From contig CBDCDC010000002.1 of NCBI GenBank assembly GCA_965215195.1, positions 1,760,001-1,824,000 of the forward strand: DNA of 64,000 nt. The letters are read 5' to 3'. Below the pieces are notes generated by a model that saw nothing but the letters and a program-made list of their open reading frames with translations, did no database searches and was not told the DNA's origin. Of this stretch, positions 48,706 to 60,483 are shown piece after piece (within the stretch, counting starts at the first letter, position 1; every line of letters begins with the position of its first letter). The DNA is from Candidatus Latescibacterota bacterium (lineage in GTDB: Bacteria > Latescibacterota > UBA2968 > UBA8231). The position numbers and the translations under genes are program-made.

Positions 48706-50736
48706 CTACTCAACCGGGACCGCGCCGCCGTGCCAGGGAAAGGCGTAGCTGGGGTCGTTTACAAACCGCCGCAGGCCGCAGGATAGGCGCACGGACGTCA
48801 GCGGCGGCAAGGTCACAGTGAAGTGCTTGCCGCGGACCTGAATGGTATTCGCGGTCGCGGTCTTGCTCGAACGCACGCGGGTATTGGGGTTGAGGTCGTC
48901 GCTGCTGTAATCCGTCCCGGTGAACTCCACTTGCGTGAAGGAATGCTCGCCGAAGGCACCGGACTGGACGATGAGGTTCCGGCACTCGCTGTGGCTCGTG
49001 TTCACTAGCTGGATTCCGCATCCATTGGCCGAGAGCTCATCGACGAGGGCGGCCACGTCCGGCGGCAGGCCAGGGCGGGTGGCGTCGGCGTCGAAGTAGC
49101 GCACGGTCGCGCGCAGCATTCCCCCGTTGTAGAGTTGACCGGGGCAGCCCATGGTCGTCTGCACGAGGCCCTTGACGAGCACGGGGTTCGGCGGCCAAGC
49201 GTTGTCTGCGATGATCTGCTGGACGGTGCGGGTGTCGCGCATCATACCCTCGAGGAAATCGGCGACCTGTTGGTAGTCGGCCTGCAAACATTGCACCGGC
49301 CAGTCCGGGTTCTTGCCGTCGTAATACTGGAAGCGGGCGAATTCGGTGCGGGCACCGCCGCGGTCGCCGATGGGCGGGAGCTCGTTCCAGTCGGTGCCGC
49401 CGCCGTCCCGCACTCGGGTGACGAGCTCGTAGTCGCCTTGCGCCATGGACTCGTGCCACAGGTTGACCAGATGGGTGGGGCCGCCGCGGATGGTGAACTC
49501 GGCGTAGCCGGTCCAGCCATCGGGTCCGTGGCTCTTCGGCACCACCAGCGCACCATGCTCGGTCTTGCCGCGATCGAGGAGGGCGACGATCTGCGAGCGC
49601 AGCACTTCCAAGTAGCCATCGTCGCCGCTGAGCAGATGGGCGCACTGGGCCCCGACGATGAGACCGAGAAAGAGTCGGTCGGCCGCGCTCTCGCTGCTGC
49701 TCCAGCCGTGCAACCCCCCCCACCACTGGCCGGCGCGGTGTTCGCCGATCTTGCCGGTGGGACCGACGTTGTCGGGAATGACCCCATCGTTCTCGCGGAT
49801 GCGCTCTATCCAGCCGCCGACGTAGTCGAGGACCCACTTCTTGTACTTTTCGTCGCCGGTGTAGAGATAGGCGTTGGTCACCAGCGCCGTGGCGCAGAGA
49901 TTGCTCGGTTCGTCGCCTTGCAGCGCCATCTCGTCGAAGAGGTCGAGGATTTCCTCGCGACGCGCTTCGCCCTCGTACCAGCGCGGCTCGAGCTCCTTGA
50001 TCTTCGGGTAGAGGAAGTGAGGCGTCAGCGGCTCGGTGCTCGGATTGTCTTGGAGCGCGTTGCGATGGCCAAAATCGCCCAGCGAGCCGCGATCGAGCCA
50101 GTGGCGCACCAAGTGGACGTGATCCGAAATGTCCCCTCCGCGGTGGACAATGCCTTCGTGCTGGCGCACGGACGTCAGCGGGCCGGCACCGCCGTGGAGG
50201 GGCGAGCGGAAGACGCCGTGCTCGGTATCGAAGTTGGGCGCGTTGGGGTCTTCGCCGATGTACATGGCGGCGAACTTGCGGGCGCGCTCGCGGTTGGACG
50301 GGTTGGTCGGATCAGCGACGCCGAAGTCGTAGAGCATCTGATTGCCCTCGCCCATGTGGAACCAGTCGGCGTTGAAGGGGACGCTGAGGTTCCAGTACTC
50401 GTTGCGCAACTGCGGCATGTACATGGGATGCCTAGGCTCGTCGTCGGTCAGTCTGCGCTCTTCGCTGTAGAGCCAAGTGATCGCATCCCATTCCCGCTTG
50501 GCGATGTGGAGGAAGCGCTCGTGGCCGCCTAGGGCGTAGAGCATGGCGCGCATGGAGCGGCTTTCGTAGGCGTCGTCCACGTCGAAGAAATGGTACACCC
50601 GGCCGTCGGAGCGGGCGTAGCCCTCCGTGGCAGCGTCGCCTGCGGTCTCCAAGATGCTGAACAGGCGACGCTGCAGTAACGCCCACTCGGGCGGGGGGAG
50701 GATGTCGCTACTAACGATGGTCGGTATGGCAGCCAT
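48706..50736 (-). CDS. Conserved hypothetical protein (linalool dehydratase-like / alpha-alpha toroid suspected)
   Basis: DDAYES, DWFHMGEG, IPDNVG, RPGLPPDVAALV; GGAGAGG RBS. Confidence 0.6.
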   Translation of the reverse strand: MAAIPTIVSSDILPPPEWALLQRRLFSILETAGDAATEGYARSDGRVYHFFDVDDAYESRSMRAMLYALGGHERFLHIAKREWDAITWLYSEERRLTDDEPRHPMYMPQLRNEYWNLSVPFNADWFHMGEGNQMLYDFGVADPTNPSNRERARKFAAMYIGEDPNAPNFDTEHGVFRSPLHGGAGPLTSVRQHEGIVHRGGDISDHVHLVRHWLDRGSLGDFGHRNALQDNPSTEPLTPHFLYPKIKELEPRWYEGEARREEILDLFDEMALQGDEPSNLCATALVTNAYLYTGDEKYKKWVLDYVGGWIERIRENDGVIPDNVGPTGKIGEHRAGQWWGGLHGWSSSESAADRLFLGLIVGAQCAHLLSGDDGYLEVLRSQIVALLDRGKTEHGALVVPKSHGPDGWTGYAEFTIRGGPTHLVNLWHESMAQGDYELVTRVRDGGGTDWNELPPIGDRGGARTEFARFQYYDGKNPDWPVQCLQADYQQVADFLEGMMRDTRTVQQIIADNAWPPNPVLVKGLVQTTMGCPGQLYNGGMLRATVRYFDADATRPGLPPDVAALVDELSANGCGIQLVNTSHSECRNLIVQSGAFGEHSFTQVEFTGTDYSSDDLNPNTRVRSSKTATANTIQVRGKHFTVTLPPLTSVRLSCGLRRFVNDPSYAFPWHGGAVPVE

Positions 50737-51068
50737 TTCTCGCCTCTCCTCTATTTGATTGCAAGGGAGTGGGGATGCTGTCGTCGCGCTAGGGGGACAG
50801 CGCAACTCGGCATTGATGCAAATTTCCATTCGCGGCTAGGGCTTGGCCGTCCGAGTGCGGCAGCTATTATAGGCCAAATCCCTCCCTGAAGAAAGGCGGG
50901 CGGCGCCGGATTGAGAGCAGGTCGGAGCGGACCCTGCCAAACCACTCACGGACTGAGCGGCGGCAGACCGGACAGGAAAACTCAGAAATTAGTTTTCCGG
51001 CTGGTTTTTAGTATAATTTGCCTTAGTGTCGCGTACTAAGCCAACCACAAACAACGAAGGAGTGTATT

Positions 51069-51854
51069 GTGAATTTATTTTCGCTAGCAGGAAAGGTCGC
51101 TCTCGTCACCGGTGCCAGTCGCGGCATTGGCCGCGGGGTGGCCGCCGGCATGGCTGCGGCCGGCGCCACGGTCGTGTGCGCCGCTCGCACCCGTAGCCAG
51201 CTCGACGAAGCTGTCGCCGCCATTGAGGCCGACGGTGGCAAGGCCCGTGCGGTCGAATTGGACATGGCCGACCTAGAGGGGATGGACGCGGCCTTGGCCC
51301 AATGCGGCCCCATAGACATCCTGTTCAACAATGCCGGCATGAACATCCGCCAGCCCATCGTCGAGGTCTCGGAGGAAAACTACGACCAGATCATGGCCGT
51401 CAATCTCAAGGGCCTGTACTTTCTCAGCCAGAAGGTGGGTCGCCAGATGATAGCGCACGGTCAAGGCGGCAAGATCATCAACATCGGCTCGCTGACCACG
51501 GGCTACGCCCTCGCCAAGGTCTCGGTGTACACCGCGACCAAGGGGGCTGTCGGCCAGCTCACCAAGGGCCAAGCCATTGAGTTCGGGCCGCACAACATCC
51601 AAGTCAACGCCATCTGCCCGGGCTTTGTGCTCACCTCGCTCACTGAGAAGTTGTGGGCCGACGACACCATGCGGGCTTGGGGCGAGGGGCGGGTTGCGCT
51701 CAACCGCTTGGGAACGCCCGAAGACTTGGTCGGCACGGCCGTTTTCCTCGCCGCGCCGGCCTCGGATTACGTCACCGGGCAGTGCATCTACGTCGATGGC
51801 GGCTTCATGGCCGGCGACGAGTGGCCCTTGCCGCCGGTGGCTGGCGGCAAGTGA
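51069..51854 (+). CDS. SDR oxidoreductase (gluconate/2-deoxygluconate dehydrogenase-like)
   Basis: TGASRGIG, NNAG, YTATK. Confidence 0.9.
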   Translation: MNLFSLAGKVALVTGASRGIGRGVAAGMAAAGATVVCAARTRSQLDEAVAAIEADGGKARAVELDMADLEGMDAALAQCGPIDILFNNAGMNIRQPIVEVSEENYDQIMAVNLKGLYFLSQKVGRQMIAHGQGGKIINIGSLTTGYALAKVSVYTATKGAVGQLTKGQAIEFGPHNIQVNAICPGFVLTSLTEKLWADDTMRAWGEGRVALNRLGTPEDLVGTAVFLAAPASDYVTGQCIYVDGGFMAGDEWPLPPVAGGK

Positions 51855-51994
51855 TGGGTGCGAATGCGACTAGGATGGCCGCTCCATTGCCTTCTATTTC
51901 GACCACGACGGCAACGAGGGGTTTGGCGAGTAGGCACCTGCCTTATTAGTTTGCGCTATGCACGGTCATTTACCCTAATGAGGAGTTAGCTCGC

Positions 51995-53950
<1,956 letters not shown>

Positions 53951-54182
53951 GTGAGTGCCGATACCTTGCACTGCCTAAAGGCAGCTACCCGCGAGTGGCT
54001 GGAGACCAACGGCTTGGGCGGCTGGAGCGGTGCGCACACCCGGCGCTACCACGGCCTGCTGGTCGTAGCGACCTGTCCGCCGGTCGGCCGGGTGGTGGTG
54101 CTCTCGCGGCTCGACGAGACCTTGGTCCTGCCCACAGCCCGCGTCGAGCTAGGTTGCAGCATCTTTCCCGGGGCTATCCATC
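53951..54182 (+). pseudogene. Degenerate duplicate of the glycogen debranching gene 5' end
   Basis: Matches 55492-55744 with two small in-frame deletions. Confidence 0.9.
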
Positions 54183-54267
54183 TGTGGGTTGACTGGCGGC
54201 GCGACACGATGCCCAACCGCTTGCAGCCTAACGGCCTTTATAGACCCTGCTAGCTGACGTAGAGCGA

Positions 54268-55050
54268 TCATCTGAGCACCTCCTCGAGAGACGTTTTAAC
54301 CTGACCCCAGCTCGTCTGTTTTACTGAGGTTGTCAGATTCCTTATGATGGTTTGATTATCTATGTGGGCTTCTTTGAGGAGGCCAAAGTCCCAAACCTCC
54401 GTTTCCGTTGTAAAATGCGTGATATAAACGGGTCCTACCCCCACCTCAAACACTTCATCCCATTCCTCCGCATAGGTCGTTGCTGAAAAGCGGAAAAACC
54501 TCTGAGAGGGTGCTACTTGTACAATAGTACCCTCCCAATTCGGCGGACCGATATCGCCCGGCCAACGGGCATTAACGATTACCCACCATATATTTACATC
54601 TGTCCGGGGAATTTCTTGTAGGGGTAAGTCCCAAAAAGTTCCTTGGGGTGCCTCAAAGTCATACATCAGCCAATCCGTCTGATTGGGGTCTAGAGGATGC
54701 GGGTCTAGGCGATCCCACTCCTGTGCTAGAGTACCAGCCGCCACGGTATCCGGTTGCTCTATGTAGCGAAAGACTTGTGCCCCTTCTTTTCTCAGGTAGA
54801 GCGTATCGGGTAGAGACCAATTCCAGTCCTGTCGCACGACGAAATACGACCGCTCCCGCAACTGAACTTGGCCGATTACTTCCGTTGAAACGGTCTCTTC
54901 AAGGAGAAGGGTATCTGGGTATCTTACGTCATATTTCTGAAACACCCATCGGTTGCCCACTTCTAACGGGAAGAAATCGCCTTCCTCGGCGTGGGCCGTG
55001 CCCATACAGCCTACTACTAAGGCTCTCAATACGATCCATCTAAGTGCCAT
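54268..55050 (-). CDS. Secreted hypothetical protein with TSWGQVK C-terminal motif
   Basis: Signal peptide, FFPLEVGNRW, C-terminal TSWGQVK; visibly lower GC than neighbours. Confidence 0.75.
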   Translation of the reverse strand: MALRWIVLRALVVGCMGTAHAEEGDFFPLEVGNRWVFQKYDVRYPDTLLLEETVSTEVIGQVQLRERSYFVVRQDWNWSLPDTLYLRKEGAQVFRYIEQPDTVAAGTLAQEWDRLDPHPLDPNQTDWLMYDFEAPQGTFWDLPLQEIPRTDVNIWWVIVNARWPGDIGPPNWEGTIVQVAPSQRFFRFSATTYAEEWDEVFEVGVGPVYITHFTTETEVWDFGLLKEAHIDNQTIIRNLTTSVKQTSWGQVKTSLEEVLR

Positions 55051-55149
55051 TCTCCCACTCCTCATCGCGCCTGCTGGTGTCGAGCGATCATCTGAGTATC
55101 TGATAGATACGTCGATGAATCTCCTTTACTACAAAGATAGCAATCGTCG

Positions 55150-55297
55150 CGGTGTTTTTGTATCGGGTAAACGCCGTCAATGCGGCGGCACTGTGCAGGT
55201 TAAGCTTATTCATTATATGTTGGCGATGGGAACTGATGGTCTTTGGGGTCACGTGGAGTGCTTCGGCTATTTGCGCGGTTGTTTTTCCTTCGGCGAC
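55150..55297 (-). pseudogene. LuxR-type HTH C-terminal fragment
   Basis: Manual translation VAEGKTTAQIAEALHVTPKTISSHRQHIMNKLNLHSAAALTAF; no start codon; abuts an orphan MITE end at 55305. Confidence 0.75.
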
Positions 55298-55488
55298 TCA
55301 GTGCCTAACTACACGACAGCATATTTACTTTGCCGTGCAGCCCCGCGTTAGGTTTATTGGTTGTTGCCCAAACGGCCATCCCCTAAACGGATAGGAGCTA
55401 CACGGTGAAAGGCATGAATAGCTTAAAGAAGGCCCTGCGTTAAGTGGCCCCTCTCATGTCGAACTACCAAGCGCTGCTTAATCACTCC

Positions 55489-57453
55489 ATGGCCAATACC
55501 TTGCACTGCCTAAAGGCAGCGAGTACAGCTTTTGCCCGCGAGTGGCTGGAGACCAACGGCTTGGGCGGCTGGGCTTCCTCCACGGTTAGCGGCGCGCACA
55601 CCCGGCGCTACCACGGCCTGCTGGTCGTAGCGACCTGTCCGCCGGTCGGCCGGGTGGTGGTGCTCTCGCGGCTCGACGAGACCTTGGTCCTGCCCACAGC
55701 CCGCGTCGAGCTAGGTTGCAGCATCTTTCCCAGCACTATCCATCCACAAGGCCACCAACTCATTGCTTCCTTCGCGCTTGAGCCGGTGCCGACGTGGACG
55801 TACGCGGGGGACGGGTGGGTGTTGCGCAAGCGGCTCGCTCTGCTCTCGGGCGAGCACGCCTTGGTCGTCGCGTACGAACTGGTGAAGGCGCGTGGCCCGC
55901 TTTGTTTGGAATTGCGCCCCTTTTTCGCAGGTCGGGACTATCACCACTTGATGCAGGCTAACGATCGCGTCGCCCGCACCGCTGCTTGGACCGACGGTGT
56001 GCTAGCCTATCAACCCTACCCCGATCAGCCCACCGCCTACATCTACGTCGCCGACGCATCTTGGGAGGCCGCCCCGGACTGGTACTACAACTTTCAATAT
56101 CCACGCGAGGAAGAGCGCGGCCTCGACCACCGCGAGGACCTGTTCACACCCGGTCGTCTGCGCCTGCAACTCGACCCCGGGGCCACCGTTGGCGTGGTCG
56201 CGGCCACCGAGCTTCCCGCCGGCCGCGACCCCCTCGCGCTTCTCGCCGGCGAGATCGATCGCCGTCAGCAGGCGATGGTGTGCGCTCCTTGGGCGGCCGA
56301 CCCTTTGCTGCGGTCGCTGGCGCGGGCGGCCAATGCGTTTCTGGTACGGCGCGGCGATGGCCTGCACACCATTGTCGCCGGCTATCACTGGTTCACGGAT
56401 TGGGGCCGCGACACCATGATCGCCCTGCCCGGCCTCTGTTTGGTCACCGGGCGCTTTGCCGCGGCGCGGGGCATCTTCGCGGCGTTTGCCGAGCACGTCA
56501 GCGAGGGCATGATCCCCAACCGCTTCCCCGACGCGGGAGAGGCTCCAGAATATCACGCTGTTGACGCGACCTTGTGGTTTTTCGTCGCGCTCTACAAGTA
56601 TTTGCAATACACCCAAGACTACGAGTTTGCCCGCGCACTGTGGCCGACGCTAGAGGACATAGCCGCTTGGCACGAGCGCGGCACGCGCCATCAGATCCGG
56701 GCCGATGCCGACGGCCTGCTCGCGGCCGGCGAGCCCGGGGTGCAACTGACGTGGATGGACGCCAAGATCGGCGATTGGGTGGTCACGCCGCGCATGGGCA
56801 AGCCAGTGGAGGTCAATGCCCTTTGGTACAATGCGCTCAAAGTTTTGCAGCACTTGGCCGAGGCATTTGGTCAGCGCACCGAGTACGGCCAGCACGCCGC
56901 TGAAGTGCGCGCGTCCTTTGACCGCCTGTTCTGGTGCGAAGAGCGCGGCTATCTATGCGACGTGGTCGCGCCCGAGGGGCCGGATTGGGCAATCCGCCCC
57001 AACCAAGTTTTCGCGCTCTCGCTGCCCTTTCCGCTCATCGAGGGCGAGCGGGCGCGGCGAATTTTGTCCGTGCTTGACGAACACTTGCTGACCCCGCGCG
57101 GCCTGCGCAGCCTCTCGCCGAGCGACCCGGCGTACTGCGCCCGGTATGCGGGCGGCCCGTGGGAGCGCGACAGGGCGTATCACCAAGGCACGGTGTGGGC
57201 CTGGCTCATCGGCCCGTACATCACCGCCCTCTGCCGCTGCTACGGCCGCGCCGGCCGCCAGCGCGGCCGCGCCCTCCTCAACGGCTTTGCCGCGCACCTG
57301 TGCGAGGCGGGCTTGGGCACGGTTTCGGAGATATTTGACGCCGAGCCGCCTTTTGCTCCTCGCGGCTGCATCGCCCAGGCGTGGAGCGTGGGGGAGTTGT
57401 TGCGGGCTGGGGTGGAGGATGTGGGTGAATTGGAAATTAAGAACTGGAGTTGA
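55489..57453 (+). CDS. Glycogen debranching enzyme (amylo-alpha-1,6-glucosidase)
   Basis: EWLETNGLGG, AGYHWFTDWGRDT, TWMDAK, YHQGTVW, QAWS. Confidence 0.93.
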   Translation: MANTLHCLKAASTAFAREWLETNGLGGWASSTVSGAHTRRYHGLLVVATCPPVGRVVVLSRLDETLVLPTARVELGCSIFPSTIHPQGHQLIASFALEPVPTWTYAGDGWVLRKRLALLSGEHALVVAYELVKARGPLCLELRPFFAGRDYHHLMQANDRVARTAAWTDGVLAYQPYPDQPTAYIYVADASWEAAPDWYYNFQYPREEERGLDHREDLFTPGRLRLQLDPGATVGVVAATELPAGRDPLALLAGEIDRRQQAMVCAPWAADPLLRSLARAANAFLVRRGDGLHTIVAGYHWFTDWGRDTMIALPGLCLVTGRFAAARGIFAAFAEHVSEGMIPNRFPDAGEAPEYHAVDATLWFFVALYKYLQYTQDYEFARALWPTLEDIAAWHERGTRHQIRADADGLLAAGEPGVQLTWMDAKIGDWVVTPRMGKPVEVNALWYNALKVLQHLAEAFGQRTEYGQHAAEVRASFDRLFWCEERGYLCDVVAPEGPDWAIRPNQVFALSLPFPLIEGERARRILSVLDEHLLTPRGLRSLSPSDPAYCARYAGGPWERDRAYHQGTVWAWLIGPYITALCRCYGRAGRQRGRALLNGFAAHLCEAGLGTVSEIFDAEPPFAPRGCIAQAWSVGELLRAGVEDVGELEIKNWS

Positions 57454-57614
57454 GGGGGCGCTGGGAGCAACTGACTGTATGAAGGGGGGGCCGGTACTTT
57501 TGCGATTATTTGACATTACCCAGTAGCGATCTATCTTGTCTTGCCAAAATTACAAGCGACACCGGACCGGTCCGTTTTGAGCTTGTACGCGAGATTGAGA
57601 TAGGGTCTAACATA

Positions 57615-58880
57615 ATGCAAGACTGGAATTGGCATAAGAACACTTGGATCTGTTCTAAGGAGGGCCGCGAGCATCATGCGCTCGCCAATTTTTGCGCCGT
57701 TTGCGGCGGTTCTGTCGCGAGCAAACCTGTCGATCTCATGGCCGATATACCTCCCGGAGAGAGTAAGGATAGCGCCGTCGAGAATTTGCCTGTCACTATG
57801 GACCACGTTGACGACCTCTTTAACGTGTTCGGCCAGCCCTTATTAGTGAGCAAACCCAGCGGAACAATGCACACCTACATAGAGAACGAGCCATGCGATC
57901 TGCCTCAGCTCAATGGGGCTTCCTTGCGTCAGGTGGATTTTGACCGCTGGTGGATTTACGCGATCACTGAGGTGGGGACGCTTCAAGTACTTCCGACCTC
58001 TGCATTGTTAAACGAAGATATGCTTCGAGGTGCTCAGTGGAAGCAGGTTGCCGTGGAATGTGGGCGCGTCGAGAAAATGGCCCTAGGTCGGAATCGGCTT
58101 TTCCTACTGGACCAAGAGGCATTGACTATTCATGTACATAAGGTAGATAAAGCAAGTTGCGCTCGATACTGGAAGAGCGAGAACCGCATCTTCGACGAAT
58201 TGCAAAAGCAAGAGCTAGACGAAAATTCGTTGCCTATCCAAGAAATGATCCCAATTCGGGGAAGCGATACCTATCTGGGCTTAATAGAAGAGGAAAACAG
58301 GATTGTTTTCTTAGATTTGGAACAGGGCAAGAACGTCTCGCATGAGGATGAGGATGCCCGCGGCGGCCCATTAGCCGCTTCGGCGGGCGTGATGCGCGGC
58401 GAGGATCCGTCAATATGGCTATTGACTCAAGAAGGGGGCTTGTGTGCCCTACAGTTAGTCGGCCAACAGGTGCTAAAAGAAATTCCGAGCCAAACCGCGG
58501 TAGAGGTACAGGCCCTACAGGCATTGCGGATCAAGTCCGGCTATTGCTATATGGCGATAGGGTCTAATTTTATGCTGTTGTTCGATCCATTGAGCCGGCA
58601 AGTTACGTCCACATTGGAGTGTAGTCCCGGATATTCCATGAGGCACATCGATCAGACCAAAGGCTTGGGCGGCTTGGTCGCCAACTTCCAAAGAGGAGTA
58701 AGAGCTAATACGGAATTTCGTCTTTCCCGTCTTGATGAACGGGGAGAGGGACATTTCTTGCGTGGCTGGCCTTTAGGCGAAGATCCGGTTGTGCCGCCAG
58801 CGGGTTTCGGCAAGTACGTGTACGTGATGACCCGCGATCATGAGTACCATCTATATCGCTATGACCTATTGGCCGTTTGA
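57615..58880 (+). CDS. Hypothetical protein: N-terminal Zn-ribbon-like segment plus probable beta-propeller
   Basis: C..H...NFCAVCG; beta-strand-rich repeats ending LYRYD; start inferred. Confidence 0.55.
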   Translation: MQDWNWHKNTWICSKEGREHHALANFCAVCGGSVASKPVDLMADIPPGESKDSAVENLPVTMDHVDDLFNVFGQPLLVSKPSGTMHTYIENEPCDLPQLNGASLRQVDFDRWWIYAITEVGTLQVLPTSALLNEDMLRGAQWKQVAVECGRVEKMALGRNRLFLLDQEALTIHVHKVDKASCARYWKSENRIFDELQKQELDENSLPIQEMIPIRGSDTYLGLIEEENRIVFLDLEQGKNVSHEDEDARGGPLAASAGVMRGEDPSIWLLTQEGGLCALQLVGQQVLKEIPSQTAVEVQALQALRIKSGYCYMAIGSNFMLLFDPLSRQVTSTLECSPGYSMRHIDQTKGLGGLVANFQRGVRANTEFRLSRLDERGEGHFLRGWPLGEDPVVPPAGFGKYVYVMTRDHEYHLYRYDLLAV

Positions 58881-60468
58881 AAACCAGTCATTCTGGTACG
58901 TTGCTCTGCTCTGCTGCCTAGGGCTTGGCGGCCCTCGTGCCGCCGCTGGGATGGATGTCAGCATATTGGTCGATGGCTCTGGTTCAATGGAGGGCTTCCA
59001 GCAGACAGGCGAGCTACAGAAATTGCTGACCTCGTTAAAAAAAGTCTGCCAAGACCAGCAACTGGAGGCGGGTACTTTATTTTTTCTATCCCACCACCCG
59101 GATTCGCTAGTGTGGCTCGAGGAGACCCAAGGCGCACAATGGGGCAGCTATACTAATTTGCTCAGGGCTTTTGAAGAAAGGCTTGGATGGGCACCTATCA
59201 CTTTTCTTATTACCGATAATGTCCAAGCGACCACCAATGACGAGGATGTTCGGGGGCTCTATGCGCGTTTTGCCGAGGATGTGGTACAAGTACTATATGC
59301 CGTGCCGCTGAGTCTGCCCTTTGACGGGCGGTTGTTCAATCACCCCGACAAGATTTACCACCAGGGTCAGCGTGGGGCGGTCCTGTATGCCTATCTCACA
59401 GAAGAAGATCAGCGCGCTAGATTCGGCAAACTCATCTCCCAACTCAGGGCCGGCGGTTTGGAACCGATGCTGATGAAACCGCTAGACCACCGCATTGTTC
59501 TACATCGCAAACGCCGGACACCTTCGGATCAGCCGAGTGATATCGGCATGGACGAATACGAGTCGGTCAATTTCTCCTTTACCCTAGAGTCGCAATTGAG
59601 CTACCTGAATATCGAGCCGACGGATGAGTATGGTAATCCGGTGCGGTTAAAGGTGAGCCAGCCTAGGATCGTTCCCATGCAGCCCGAAGACCGGCGGTAC
59701 TGGAGTCGAGCCGGCGGGAGAGGGCGAGTTACTCCACCCCGCCTCGAAGAGAAGTTGGAGCACAATACCCAGAACAAATACCGCTATTCGTGCCGGGTCC
59801 GCCTAGGCCCGTTCCAGCCCAACGAGGTTGGCTTTTTCGACCAGCTTGGTATGGCGCGTATAAGCCCGATTCCAGTGCAATATATGTCCAAGGTCGTCTT
59901 GGAGATACCGCCTGGCTCGTTTCGCATGACTCCGATTTATCAGGAGAAGTACTTTACCGACAATCCCCAAGAGGTCGAGCGCATCTATACGCCAGACGAT
60001 CTGATACACTTCCTGCACCGAGACCGAAAGGGTTTGGAAGTGGTGCCCAAGGGAGGAGCCATAAGAGGTAGGTTGCAAGTCCGTTCCCCTCTCTATCTGT
60101 GGCGGGCTTGGGTCGCGGTGATCTTGCTACCCATCGCTGTGGTAGCTGCCGGGGGAATGGTTTATTTTAGGAGCCTCGTTTATCGGCTGGCAGACGTCGA
60201 GTACAAGTACTGGATGCGCCCCCGCGGTCAAAAGGAATTGGAGTACACAAACCAAAGCGGAAAGAATATCGTTTTGGGATATTTGCGGCGAGACGGCCTG
60301 TTCAAATGCAAATACCACTTATTGCCGGCCAAAGAGGGCGACGAAAGGGCTGAACTAAGAAATCGGATGGACGATCCGGTCGGTGAGGAGGGGGTGGCTT
60401 TTGCAAGGGATGAAAAATGGGTTTTCAACCACAAGGGCAATGAATTTGAACTGGAACGCCTCAAATAA
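58840..60468 (+). CDS. Membrane-anchored vWA-like protein
   Basis: Signal peptide, MIDAS-like DGSGS, FLITD, TM near the C-terminus. Confidence 0.65.
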   Translation: MSTIYIAMTYWPFENQSFWYVALLCCLGLGGPRAAAGMDVSILVDGSGSMEGFQQTGELQKLLTSLKKVCQDQQLEAGTLFFLSHHPDSLVWLEETQGAQWGSYTNLLRAFEERLGWAPITFLITDNVQATTNDEDVRGLYARFAEDVVQVLYAVPLSLPFDGRLFNHPDKIYHQGQRGAVLYAYLTEEDQRARFGKLISQLRAGGLEPMLMKPLDHRIVLHRKRRTPSDQPSDIGMDEYESVNFSFTLESQLSYLNIEPTDEYGNPVRLKVSQPRIVPMQPEDRRYWSRAGGRGRVTPPRLEEKLEHNTQNKYRYSCRVRLGPFQPNEVGFFDQLGMARISPIPVQYMSKVVLEIPPGSFRMTPIYQEKYFTDNPQEVERIYTPDDLIHFLHRDRKGLEVVPKGGAIRGRLQVRSPLYLWRAWVAVILLPIAVVAAGGMVYFRSLVYRLADVEYKYWMRPRGQKELEYTNQSGKNIVLGYLRRDGLFKCKYHLLPAKEGDERAELRNRMDDPVGEEGVAFARDEKWVFNHKGNEFELERLK

Positions 60469-60483
60469 CACTAGGGAGTCAAG

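Noticed and set aside
49135-50532. 465-aa plus-strand ORF
   Set aside because: Antisense shadow typical of high-GC coding DNA; no motifs
54190-55353. Integron attC sites (GCCTAAC/GTTAGG motifs)
   Set aside because: No properly paired R and L boxes; the 55303-55353 candidate is only 51 nt and is explained by the MITE end; no integrase
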